Made by a program: the position numbers and the translations under genes
NCBI GenBank assembly: GCA_951406725.2
Contig: OX597823.1
Span: 96,968,001 to 97,032,000 of the forward strand
Origin: Octopus vulgaris
Lineage: Eukaryota
Length of the DNA: 64,000 nucleotides
Direction of reading: 5' to 3'
Part shown: piece by piece, positions 12,979 to 25,560 of the stretch
Numbering within the stretch: position 1 is the first letter of the stretch
Layout: every line of letters starts with the position of its first letter
The notes under the pieces: generated by a model
The model's input: only the letters and a program-made list of their open reading frames with translations
Told to the model about the DNA's origin: nothing
Database searches by the model: none

Positions 12979-13468
12979 TTAACCCTTTAGCATTCAGACG
13001 ACTCTGTCAAATGAAATGCTTATTTATTCACATCATTTTGAATTAATCAGGCCTTAATCTCATAGCTTCAAAATTTTGATGATGTGATTGTTTATTTTTA
13101 TGATGACATTGTAGAGTGGGTGTGAAAGGTCAGCTCTGGCTGGTTTGAACATAAACAAGTAGAATATTTGGGCCTGACGTGATTGGTTTAAATGCAAAAG
13201 GGCTAATTAACAAAGCAAGGCCATTAAGGGTCAGATCCTAAGGAAAATTAGCATTTAAACTGGCCATATCCAGCCCAAAATGGTCTACCTGTTTTATGGT
13301 CAAACTGGCCAGGTCTGGCCTCTCACACATACCTGACAATGTCATTTAAATCATAAACAATTACATCATCAAAATCCCAAAGCTACAAGATGACGCGTGA
13401 TTAATACAAAATAATGTGAATAGATAAGCTTCACATTTGACAGGTGAAGTTGAATGCTGAAAGGTTAA
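12979..13468. mobile_element. Two oppositely oriented piggyBac-like MITEs
   Basis: TTAA-CCCTTTAGCATT...AATGC(T/A)AAAGGG-TTAA type ends. Related copies at about 35265-35475, 50840-51000, 51484-51640, 54000-54170. Confidence 0.6.
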
Positions 13469-13619
13469 AGAACCTAATACCTTTAATTAATCATTCTACA
13501 AGACAATGACATATAAGAACTGGTTAAGTATCAAGTATTAAGTGTTACGGTTTCATTTATGGGCATCTGTTCAATCCAGTCTACTTGGCTGTAAATAAGT
13601 ACCAACTGGGTATTGGCAC

Positions 13620-13672
<53 letters not shown>

Positions 13673-13989
13673 GAGATTATTTAATAATAATAGTTTTGAT
13701 AAATAAAACCAAAAATTTTCCATTTACTTGTTTGGTTATTCAACAACTCAGCAAATAATATTTCCATAATTCTCAATTTTAAAGTGTGTTTCTACATATA
13801 ACATTATGGATACATTGATTGTGATAATAGAATAATCAGATGTACTTTGAGAGGAAACAGCTGGAATTTACCCTAATTACCTAGATCATATTTATATATA
13901 TATAATATATACATATATATATACCAGAGTAAGCACATAAATATGAAACAAGGTGAAGAAAATAGTACTCGAATACCAGAGGTAGAGTA

Positions 13990-14215
13990 ATATGCTTTAT
14001 TAATAAAGCTGCAAAAATATCATAAAAACTGTTACTCAGAGTTTCACATTCCTGTTCATCGGACAGTTTTGTTTAGAATGGAACAAAAATAAGGTTCTAA
14101 GCAAATATGTACAATTAGTTTGATAGATACACGTTTGAAAACTGTCCAATGAATGGAAACGTGAAACTCTGAGCAACAGTTTTTGCGGTATGTTTGCTGC
14201 TTTTTAATAAAGTAT
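13990..14215. repeat. Inverted-repeat element with paired minimal hammerhead-like motifs (14025-14070 on -, 14138-14183 on +)
   Basis: AAAACTGT CCGATGA ACA GGAA TGT GAAACTC T GAGTA ACAGTTTT: 8-bp stem I, 3-bp stem II, near-palindromic stem III; flanked by (TA)n. Confidence 0.75.
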
Positions 14216-14533
14216 ATATATATATGTGTGTGTGTGTAGATAGACAGATACATACATAAATTATGAGAATGGTTCTCTTAATGAACAAACTGAATAATGA
14301 ATGGTTTTCCTGAAGATAATTAAACTCACAAAACCAGCTAAGAATTGATCAGTGAACCATGAACAGTAATGGCTTTGTGGTGAGAAGCTTGCTTCCTAAC
14401 CAGATGGATCCAGGTTCAGTCTCACTGTGTGGCATTTTAGATAAGTGTCTTCTGCTATAGCCTCAAGATGATCAAAGCCTTGAGGGTGGATTTGGTAGAT
14501 GAAAACTGAAAGAAGCCAATCATGCATATACTG

Positions 14534-15065
<532 letters not shown>

Positions 15066-15066
<1 letters not shown>

Positions 15067-15439
15067 GCCGGTGACATGTAAAAGCACTGTCCGTTCGTGG
15101 CCGTTTGCCAGCTCAGTCTGGCCCCGTGTCGGTGGCACGTAAAAGCACCATCCATTCGTGTCCGTTGCCAGCATCGCCTGGCCCTGTGCCGGTGACACGT
15201 AAAAGCACCATCCGTTCATGGCCGTTCGCCAGCTCTGTCTGGCATCTGTGCAGGTGGCACGTAAAAAACACCCACTACACTCGCGGAGTGGTTGGCGTTA
15301 GGAAGGGCATCCAGCTGTAGAAACACTGCCAGATCTGACTGGGCCTGACGAAGCCTTCCAGCTTCACAGACCCCAGTTGACCCGTCCAACCCATGCTAGC
15401 ATGGAAAGCGGACGCTAAATGATGATGATGATGATGATG
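15066..15439 (+). mobile_element. RTE LINE 3' UTR copy with 4 tandem structured units
   Basis: Repeated GTGCCGGTGGCACGTAAAAGCACC units, GGTTGGCGTTAGGAAGGGCATCC block, CCATGCTAGCATGG hairpin and (GAT)n tail. Other copies at about 948-1345(-), 8288-8645(+), 20062-20265(-), 24630-24914(+), 25697-26045(+), 31765-32200(+), 37352-37668(-), 39200-39445(+), 40200-40585(-), 45095-45250(+), 46860-47390(+), 48230-48437(+), 54355-54755(+), 60005-60280(+), 61352-61570(-), 62020-62195(+), 62770-63015(+). Confidence 0.85.
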
Positions 15440-16289
15440 ATATATATATATATATATATATACATACATACATACATATATATATGTGTGTGTGTGTGTA
15501 TATATATATACACACACACACACACAGATATATATATATATATACACACATGTGTATGTGTCTTTTGTGTGTGTTTGTCTTTCACCACCGCTTGACAATC
15601 AGCATTGGGGTGTTTTTGTTGAACGTAGCAGTTCATCAAAAGAGACTGGTAAAATAAGTATTAGGCTTTAAAAACAATCCTGGGGTTGATTTGTTCAACT
15701 AAAACCCTTTGTGACAATGTCTCACAATGGCTGCAGTCAAACAACAATAACAAGATTTCTCATGTTTTTTGCTAAAAAACATAACCATTGATCGACAGAA
15801 GCAAGACATAGTGAAAAACGTCTCACCCCACACACATGTATATATGTATATACTTATGTATTTGCAATCAATAACTGAAGGTTGAAAGGAACAAATAAAA
15901 ATAGTTATCCTTTTATTTGTGTCATACTATGGGCTTACCACAAAACTCGGATTGCATAAGTTTTAGGATTGAGGTCAAGTTGAAAAAAACTTAAGCATAA
16001 AATAAAAAGAATTGATTATTACAGTGGTATACATTGTTTGAAAATAGTACAGAGTATGGGAAACAGATCGAAAACATCATGTATGGTTCACATTGTGTAA
16101 TATATATTTGTAAGTAGCTCGAGGTCAATGTATATACGATCTATTGACTTTTATGTTATGCCTTATTAACTTACATTTTTCTGTTTTGCTCTTTTTTTCT
16201 TACTGCCTGGATTTTCTGGGAACATTTATGAAATATAAATAGGAATTTCTCATGAAAGTTCATTCACTTAATCTCTGTTCTGTGTAAGA

Positions 16290-16475
16290 GTTTTTAACTC
16301 AACCACTTCTGACTCATTCCAGGGGTGTGACAAAGAGCCAAATCCTACTGCCACACATATGGCCTTCCAGCAGCAACCATCTCCAACCAGGGATTGACCA
16401 CAGTCTCCAGCAGCTTCATATAGCCATCTGAATTTAGCTTAAGGCCCTGTTCAAAGATGTTGTGATAATCTCCAC
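16290..16475 (-). mobile_element. Tc1/mariner (maT/DD37D-like) transposase remnant
   Basis: IFEQGLKLNSDGYMKLLETVVNPWLEMVAAGRPYVWQ*DLALCHT resembles the YVFQQDSAPCH second-Asp region. Confidence 0.75.
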
Positions 16476-17039
16476 TGTGAAAAATCATCTTTGAACTCAC
16501 AAGTAAGCTGAAGTGGGCACGATTTTGGTAAACTCTAACCCATGGAAGACACAGCTGTGAATAATGATGGTTCTACTAATTAGTGGCTGATCGGCCACAT
16601 AATTTTTGCGTTTATGGCTTGCTAATAGGCAGGAACATTATTTTCAGCCATAAACATAAAACCATTTGGCTGTTCAATTTTTGTGCCTTCCAAGAGTTAA
16701 ACAAAATCACACCTGCCAAATCATACCTGTACCCCTTTGAAGGTTGTGCTTATTCTGTCTATTCTTAAAATACAACAAATATGACATTGTTGTGAAAAGA
16801 TTTTGTTTTGTTTTACTTTTTTAATGACACTTCAATAAAAAACATTACAGATATTTGTCACAGATTTGTTAATATCTTGTTAGTTGATATTATTAAAATT
16901 ATTATAATTTAGGAAAAGGCAAAGTGCAAGGAGAATATTGTGGGAACATTGTTAGCCAAAGTATTGAGAGAATAGGTGCAGGCATAGCTGTGTGGTTAAG
17001 AAGCTAGTCTCTCAATCATGTGGTCCTTAATAATAATAA

Positions 17040-17790
17040 TAAGAAGAAGAATGAAATTATTGTATACAGTGCTCAGGTGCTCTACAACTAGTCAAAAGTG
17101 CGTATAAAGCATATGCAGTAATGTACAAATGTTTGGGAAGTGAACAGTGTATGAGTCAGATAGATACTTGCGTGTGTATGGAGGGGGGAAAATCAGGTGT
17201 AGTATTGGCGAATCTCAGGAAGCATGGAAGTTTTGAAGGATGCAGTGCTCCGACAACTAACAACTGATGCTGGCAGTTTGTTCCATGCTTCAGCAACTCT
17301 TAGCATGAAAAAATGTTTCCGAAAGTCATGGGAGCTGTGCTGTTTTCTGACTTTGTAAACATGTCCACGGGTGTTAGAGAGATGGAGTTTGAAAAGGTGC
17401 TCAGAGTTATTGTTTGTAAGATGGTTAATAATTTTATGGGTGTCTGCCAAGTCAGCTGCCAGATGTCGGAGTTTCAATGTGTCCATGCCCAGGGAAGTAA
17501 GGCGTTCAGAATATGGCAAATGCCTGATGGAGGGTATTCTCTTGATTGCATGTCGCTGAACTAGCTTCCAGATGATTAATATCCTGGGTAAGATAGGGGT
17601 TCTAGACCGGTGATGCAAATTCCAGGTGATGCCGCACCATAGCTATATAAAGCCTCAGATAGATAGCCGGAGATCGGCTCACAAAGGACTTGGTAAGTGA
17701 TGCCAAGACACCCTCAGCCTTCTTGGCAATTTTAACAATGTGTTTTGTCCAACACAAATTGCTGTCGACAATGATGCCCAGGTCACGTTC
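17040..17790 (-). mobile_element. CR1-clade LINE, 5'-truncated (RT C-terminus + 3' UTR)
   Basis: ERDLGIIVDSNL, LYIAMVRHHLEFASPV, VQR, YSERL, TRGHVYK and FFMLRVAEAWNKLP. Confidence 0.92.
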
Positions 17791-18382
17791 AGTCCTTTGT
17801 TCAGTCCTTCTGTACCACCACTTAATAGAAATGTCTTTTGCTATAGCCCTGGGTTCACCAAAGCCTTGTGAGTTGATTTGGTGGACAGAAACTAAAAGAA
17901 GCACTTCTTATGTGTACATGTGCATGTCTGTGTGTGTGTGTGGCTCCAAAGCTATGCAGAAATAGTATAAGTATAGCCTCTCCTCAGATGCTGGTCCTTA
18001 CACTCCAAGTTGAAATCCATGTAAATTATAAACACAAACAGACCTGACACAATAATCTGTGTGGTCAATGTAAAGTGGTTGGCTTTAGGAAGGGCGTCCA
18101 CGTGCAGAAACCAAGCCAAAACTGACGTTGGAGCTCGATGCTGGAGGTGGACACTGTCAAACTGTTCAACCCTTGCTAGTGTGGAAAATGGACGTGAGGC
18201 TGATGATGGCGATGGTGATGATATTATACGACAGGCTTCGTCCAGTCTCTGTCAACCAAGTTCATTCATTGGTGAATCTGAGGTTGTAGTTGAAGGACAC
18301 TTGTAACATACAATGCACACACTTATAAACATTAATAGAAATGCATAATGTAGATATACTCGACAGAAATAAATGCATCTTA

Positions 18383-18620
18383 AGGCAGTGAGCTGGAAAA
18401 GAATGGTTAGCACGCCAGGCGAAATGCTTTATGGTATTTCGTCTGGCACTACGTTCTGAGTTCAAATTCCGCCGAGGTCGACTTTGCCTTTCATCCTTTC
18501 GGGTTCGATTAAATAAGTACCAGTTACGCACTGGGGTCGATGTAATCGACTTAATCCGTTTGTCTGTCCTTGTTTGCCCCCTCTATGTTTAGCCCCTTGT
18601 GGGCAATAAAGAAATAAGAA
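18383..18620 (+). mobile_element. tRNA-derived SINE with conserved gtcgactttgcctttcatcctttcggggtcga body
   Basis: Head ggcggtgagctggcagaa..gagttcaaattcc. Copies at about 11270-11500, 19600-19815, 20648-20850(-), 30150-30330(-), 41730-41925, 43545-43685(-), 47718-47930, 52710-52870, and tandem 60840-61255. Confidence 0.82.
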
Positions 18621-18949
18621 ATAAATGCATCTAATTACTAAAGATAATGATCTAAGGGAAATAACTTGCTGCAGATACGTGCACACATACACACACACAC
18701 ACACTTATAAATAGATACGTGCACGAGCATAAACACGCACATACAAACACACATGTCTACATACACGGCACACTCAGAGACACACATATTTATACATACA
18801 TAAATACATATATACAGGGTGTTTGGGCTAAGTTTGATGGGGAATTTTTGTTTCCTTTTTTCTTCAGGAACATCTTGATGTATGGATGGAGAGTGGATGG
18901 TGTTGGAGAGCATAAAGATTAATGTTGTGGATGACAAAAAAGATAAAAT

Positions 18950-19355
18950 TTAAATTATCAACCATCTTACAAACAATAACTCTGAGCACCTTTTCAAACT
19001 CCACCTCTCTAACACCCGTGGACATATTTACAAAGTCAGAAAACAGCACAACTCCCATGACTTTAGGAAACATTTTTTCACGCTGAGAGTTGCTGAAGCA
19101 TGGAACAAACTGCCAGCATCAGTTGTTAGTTGTCGGAGCACTGCATCCTTCAAAACTTCCATGCTTCCTGAGATTCGCCAACACTACACCTGATTTTCTC
19201 CCCTCCATACACATGCAAGCATGTATCTAACTCATTCACTGTTCACTTTCCAGACATTTATACATTACTGCATATGCTTTATATGCACTTTTGATAAGTT
19301 GTGGTGCACCTGAGCACTGTATACAATAATTTCATTATTATATTATTATTATTAT
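18950..19355 (+). mobile_element. CR1 LINE 3' end, inverted relative to 17040-17430
   Basis: Reverse complement matches the 17-kb copy closely; (ATT)n tail. Confidence 0.9.
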
Positions 19356-20527
19356 TATATAGTCAACGTGGAGGACTGGAAACCATCTGAATATTGGAAA
19401 GAGTTACTTGTATCATGATGATGTGCACAGGGTATCAAAATGTTCACATAGTGACTCATACTCAAGGTGGTGGTGGTGGTGGGTGATTTGGATAAACTGC
19501 CCCTGGTGAAGCTTTCATGGGGTGTCAGTGCTTTTGGGTTTGCTGTGTAAGTCTGTATAGGGGGCACAGAGGATGGATGGCAAATTCAGGGGCTGCTTAA
19601 GGTGGAAAGCTGGCTGAATCATTAGCACACCAGGTAAAAAGCTTAGTGGCAGTTTGTGCATCTTTATATCCTGAGTTCAAATACTGCTACGGTTGACTTT
19701 GCTTTTTATCCTCTCGGGGTCGATAAAATAAGCATCAGTTGAGCAGTGGGGTTAATGTAACCAACTTGCACCCACTCCCAGCAACTGCTGGCCTTGTGCT
19801 AAAATTTGAAACCAAATTAAAGGGTGCTACAGGTGGCACACACTCTAGCTGCATTGCTGACATTATTAAGAGTCAGTGAGGAGAGGGACATGCCCATGAA
19901 TTTTGCAGGGCCTTGAAGACTGATGAAGGAATAAATAAATAGTCTTCATATCCATCATTTATTAAGCATCACTGTCATAAAATCAAAAGGAAAGCTGATT
20001 GTTACTGCATTTAATGCAGGAAACATAAAAAAATCCAAAAAGCTGATCAGAATTAAATATCATTATCGTCATCATCATTTAACATCTTTTTTTCCATGCT
20101 AGCATGGGTTAGATGGTTCAACAAGGACTGACATGCACGAAGACTGTGCTGAACTCCAACGTCCAGTTTGGCATTTTTTCTGCTGCTAGATGTCCTTCCT
20201 AATGCCAACCACTTTACAGAGAGTACTCGGTGCTTTTTAAGTGGCACCAGCATTAGTGAGGTCACCAAGAATCATCATCATCATCATCATTTAATGTTAA
20301 TTTTTTTTTCTATGCTTGCATGGCTTGGATGGAATTGGGTTGAGGCAGACTTTCTGCCGCTGGCTGTCCCTCCTGTCTCCACCATTTACCTGTTTTGAAG
20401 TAAAGTGATATTTATATCTATGACAAGGAGAGTGGAAACAAAAGACCTGCTTGCACGATGGTGACACGCGTTTCAACTATCACATGGCAGAGGACAGTAA
20501 CAGATACATGCACACACATAAACATAA

Positions 20528-20606
<79 letters not shown>

Positions 20607-20874
20607 CACACATACATACATATATAATAATAATAATAATAATAATCCATTCTACTATAGGCACAGGGCCTGAAATTTTGGGGGAGGGGACTAGTCGATT
20701 ACATGAACCCCAGTGTTTTACTGGTACTTAATTTATTGACCCTGAAAGGATCAACCTTGGTGGAACTTGAACTCAGAATGTGGTGACAGGCGAAATACGG
20801 CTAAGCATTTTGTCCAGTGTCCTAATGATATTGCCAGCTCACCACCTTAATATTAATAATGATGATGATGATGA

Positions 20875-21350
20875 TAATTGAAAGACTTTGGACAAAAATC
20901 TTGCCTCATTGATACGACTGTCCTAAACGACATAAATGTATGTGTCAAGACCTACCAAAAACTGAGCAAGTAAAATGTGGAGTCTCAAGACTAAAACAGT
21001 ACCTGTTGTCATAGGTGTTCTGGGAACGATAGCAAAAGGGGCTGATTGCTACCTAACTCAGATACCAGGAAACCCCCAAGCCGAAATTCTAAAGATAGTG
21101 CTCATAGGGACTGCCCATGTCCTACATAAAATACTGTCTATGTAATCTCAAGTTTTAAAACAGGCTTATATTTTTCTTATGTTTTCTTAAACATTCTCTA
21201 GAACAATATTATGTACAAAACCAAATATATGACACCCTGGGCAAAACACCAACATGAACTTCCAACTTGTTGTCTCTTGAGGTCTCTGGGTGAGACTTGG
21301 AGCCAGCTTGTACAAATACAAAGCAAAAGGCAAACAATTAATAATAATAA
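20875..21350 (+). mobile_element. R4/Dong-like LINE 3' end (restriction-like endonuclease)
   Basis: CLIDTTVLND..KTYQKLSK..TVPVVIGVLGTI..ILKIVLIGTAHVLHKIL; sits between (AAT)n/(GAT)n repeats. Confidence 0.75.
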
Positions 21351-22353
21351 TAAATAATAATGCAATTACTTGAAATTTATAACATGACAAACAGTGCAGC
21401 ATAGTTTAATGATATATTCGCTAATATTTACATAACTTCATTTGGCAATGGTGATTATGGTGATGATGATGATGATGATCATCATCATCACACCACTGTT
21501 GTCAGCACTGAAGTCAATGTGATAAGTGATCACCACCACTCTAATTACATGTCATCACTGCTGCCACCACATTCATCACCATCATTATAATTGTCATCAT
21601 CATCACCACCACCAACACCAGCACGATCATCATCTTCATAATTTTCACCACCATCACCATCATCACCATCACCACCATCAGTATTTATTACACATTTTTT
21701 TTATATATGTTAGTCCCAGAAATGTGCAGTATAATACCAAAAAAATTATTTTAAAATAATAAACTAAGCAACAAAAAGAAAAAAATGAAAGCAAGAAAAT
21801 GATTAAAGATTTGTGAAGCTGTTTCATAAGTCTTTATTCTATTATTCTACATCACAAATATAGAAGCAATCTTCACTGATGCAACTTCTCTGATTCTAAA
21901 CACAAACCAACAAGTAATTTGCATATTTTAAAGTTGCTTTGTATTGTCAGCAGCAAGAGAGGTGGTGGTGGTGGTGGTGGCGGCGGTGATGGTCTAATTT
22001 CATTTGAGACTTACTGATATAATACTGCCGAGTCTAGATTGCATTTAGGTCAGACAGTTGTGGCTTATAAAGAGTGAAAGAAGGACTCAGTAAAAAAAAA
22101 TATTGCATCAGCTTTTTCGTGTTGGGTGAATGACAAAAAAAAAAGAAAACAGTAACAAGAAAATACTTTTTGTAACATACTTGCATATATACGTACATGT
22201 GTACCTTATACATACATACTTATATATATCCATCGGTCTATCCATCTGTGTGACTATATATATGCATGCGTGTGTGCGTGCGTCTGCATTTAAAATGCCT
22301 TGTGAGCATAATATATAGAAAATGCATATAAGCAAACTTTTGCTGTATGTATG

Positions 22354-22415
<62 letters not shown>

Positions 22416-22608
22416 TGTATGTACGTATGTATGTATGTATAGCTCTCTGTCTATCTATTTCTCTGACACACACTCTCTCTCACTATATATATATATATAT
22501 TGGCCTGCTCGCTTAGCCAGCAAGGCGGCATCATTTGAAGGCTAAAACAATGCAAAGCGCATTGTGACCAGTGATGTGTAGCAACATCTGATAGCCTGGT
22601 CGGTCACA

Positions 22609-22646
<38 letters not shown>

Positions 22647-23084
22647 CAGCAACATTTTATATCCTTTTTCTCTTTTTTTTTTTTGCATACTGCATGGGTC
22701 TCAAAGCCATTCATAACCAGCCACGTCATCTGAGACATACAGCAACAGAAATAAACTGCAGAAAAACAATGGACTACACACATCTCCTCATGTCACTGAC
22801 AACTAGAGAAGTTATCTTCTGCTGCTAAACCAAAGAGTTCTTTCTGTCATGTGTCAGATCTTATTTGAAGTTACTGCTCTCCAAGACAAGTACTTAACTT
22901 ATCCATATTTCGTCCATCTGTTCAGTTTTGCAACATGGTTTCTATGACTGGATACATTTCCAACCGCCAACCATTTTGTCACATATACTGAATCCACTTT
23001 GTCATAGTACCATTTGTTGTCATCATCATCATCATCATCATCATCTAATGTCCATTTTCCATCCTGGTATGTGTTGAACAGTTG

Positions 23085-23705
23085 TAGGTCTTAATTACAC
23101 TATGATCCATAGGTTGGAAGTAAGGAAGTGATTTCTGGTGATATCTATCTATCTGTCTATCTATCTATCAACAGGATTACAGGTTTGAAGGACATCAGGA
23201 ATTGGAGGATAGCCTGGAATCTAATCAATCATCAATAAAACCTTAGATTCAATGTTATGTTTTCCACATCTTTTCACAGCCACACAAAAATATGACACAA
23301 ACCACTGTGTGCAAATTTCTTTTTTTACTAGGCCTTCTTCTTTGGCCTCAAAATCACACGTTGATACACATCTCATGTTCCCCCTCACTGGCTGTTGTAT
23401 TTCTGAATAATAAAACAAGTATTCACTTCAGTTTGTATTCTCCTTCAGCTTGGAGTACTTCATTAAATAACCTTTTCCAGCCTTGAATCCAGAACTTTTA
23501 TATTCCATCTCAGAAGATGAAAATGCAAGATGGTTTCTTTTCCAGAAAAACGAGATTTGTCACATCTACATTGAACACAAATTGGTGGTGGAGGGCTGGT
23601 GGGTAATTGCCACATTCAATGATATTCTTAAAAATTGGGGAAAATTCCTTGCCTGTCTGAGAGTCTGAACTTGTGGCTTCATCAATCACTTCCAGCCTAT
23701 CTAAA
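23085..23705 (-). mobile_element. pogo/Tigger transposase remnant
   Basis: QFVFNVDVTNLVFLEKKPS, GFKA, WFVSYF, KVLLMID*IPGYP and ITSLLP. Confidence 0.75.
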
Positions 23706-23869
23706 CATGTTTGTGTGTTTAAGTTTGATCCCACAGTGGGGCACCCTGGCCATGTTTCTTCTACCTTAACTTACAGTTGACCAGTATATTACAAGTGGAA
23801 TCTGATAGATGGAAACTCAAAAGCTATGAATCTGAAGAAGAGCTCATCATCTCGAAGTAAAAGGTATCA

Positions 23870-25560
23870 GTTGAATTTGCAGATTTCTTTAAGGCATTCG
23901 AAAGTGTTAAAAGAAGGGTTTTGGTACATACTCTTTTGAATTATGGTACTGCAGATGAGACTGGGTCTTTTTGTATGAAAACTCATCAAACTTTGTGAAA
24001 AACCACAGAGAGTCCAAGTAAAGAGTTGCCAACAACAGCAGGAATCCTTCAAGGGGACATCCTAGCTTGTTTTCTCTTTGTGATTGCAGTAGGCTACATC
24101 CTTAGGCAAAGTCTTGACCTCATCAAAGACAAAGGCCTCACCATCAAGCAGAAATGATCAAAACATCAGCAAGCAAAGCTGTACCTCTCTGACATTGGCT
24201 ATACTGATGATCATATCTTAGTAGAGGCACATGGCTTTGTGGTTAGGATGCTGCACTGGTGATAGTAAGATTGGGGTTTCAATTCTTGGACCAAGAGATG
24301 TGCTGTGTTCTTGAGCAAAACACTTCATTTCATGTTGCTCCAGTCCACTTAGCTGGCAAAAAGAAGTAATCCTGCAATGGTCCAGCATCCTGTCCAGTAG
24401 GAAGAATATAAGCTACAGAATCTGAGAAACTGGCCCTATGAGTGTCTATGAATTGGGAAGGAGCTCTTTTTTTATAGCCACGATCTTATCTTCACACTTC
24501 ATTAGCTGCATGATGCACGAGACTTGTTAACACCCCGTGAGGATATTGCATCCAAAGTTGGTCTGTTTCTCAATGCTAAGAAGATTAATGATCATCAATG
24601 AGGATGAAAGCCACCTGCCAATTTGTTCCAACAATGCCAGCACCGCCTGGACTGGCTTCTGTGCCGGTGGCACGTAAAAAGCACCAACCGATCGTGGCTG
24701 TTGCAGCCTCGCCTGGCACCTGTGCCGGTGGAACGTAAAAAGCATCCACTACACTCACGGAGTGGTTGGCATTAGGAAGGGCATCCAGCTGTAGAAACAC
24801 TGCCAGATCAGACTGGAGCCTGGTGCAACCTCCTGGCTTCCCAGACCCCGGTCGAACCATCCAACTCATGCTAGCATGGAAAGCGGACGTTAAACGATGA
24901 TGATGATGATGATGACAGTGTCTTCAAAACATTGGTGACTTCAAGTATTTTGAGTCCTGTGTTGCTGACAGATAGAAAGACTTTCTGACATGTAAGAGAC
25001 AAGCCTGGAATAACTGTAGCGAATTTCACAACATTTGACAATCAAATACTTCAAAGTGAACAAGGCTGGTCTTCTTCATGATAGGCGTAGAGGGAATTAT
25101 TCTTTATGAAGCTGAAACCAGGGCTTGGAAGAAGGAACATCAAGATTGCTTTAATATTATATACACCAGGCTTCTTATCAGGGCTCAAAATAGTTAATGG
25201 CATGAGCACAAGGCCAAACAGGAATATATCCACCTATCTAATTGTTGCTCAATGCAAAATAGACTTAGTATTAAGTGTGTATAAGTAGCCATGCTGGACG
25301 TTATATTTTGGGGAATTACACACCCTAATAGAAGGATCAAAACACTTAGCCATATTAAACTGAGAACCTCTCTCAAGCTAATAGGGGATAGAGATTACTA
25401 GTGCAGTGTAGTAAAACATATCTCAGCTGTGGCATCATCAAAGCTGGCTGTGGGACTAATCAAAACAACAACAACAACATCAGCAACCATTTGTAGGTAG
25501 ATGTATGAAACTTTACAAAAACTTGCCTTGATAGATAGAAGATGGTTAAATGTTTCTAGC
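23870..25560 (+). mobile_element. Old RTE-like LINE RT remnant with nested SINE and RTE 3' UTR
   Basis: FADFFKAFESV, GILQGDILACFLFVI, YTDD, KVGLFLNAKK, DFKYF and LYEAET. Confidence 0.7.

Noticed and set aside
19915-19948. GAAGACTGATGA...GTCTTC as an intact hammerhead
   Set aside because: Stem I and CTGATGA are present but stem II and GAAA are missing. At best it is a deleted relic, as are the partial motifs at 50281 and 57367.
24660-24720. Assigning the tandem unit to a known ribozyme class (pistol or HDV-like)
   Set aside because: The stem plus A-rich linker superficially recalls pistol P1, but I could not place the remaining conserved helices or catalytic residues.
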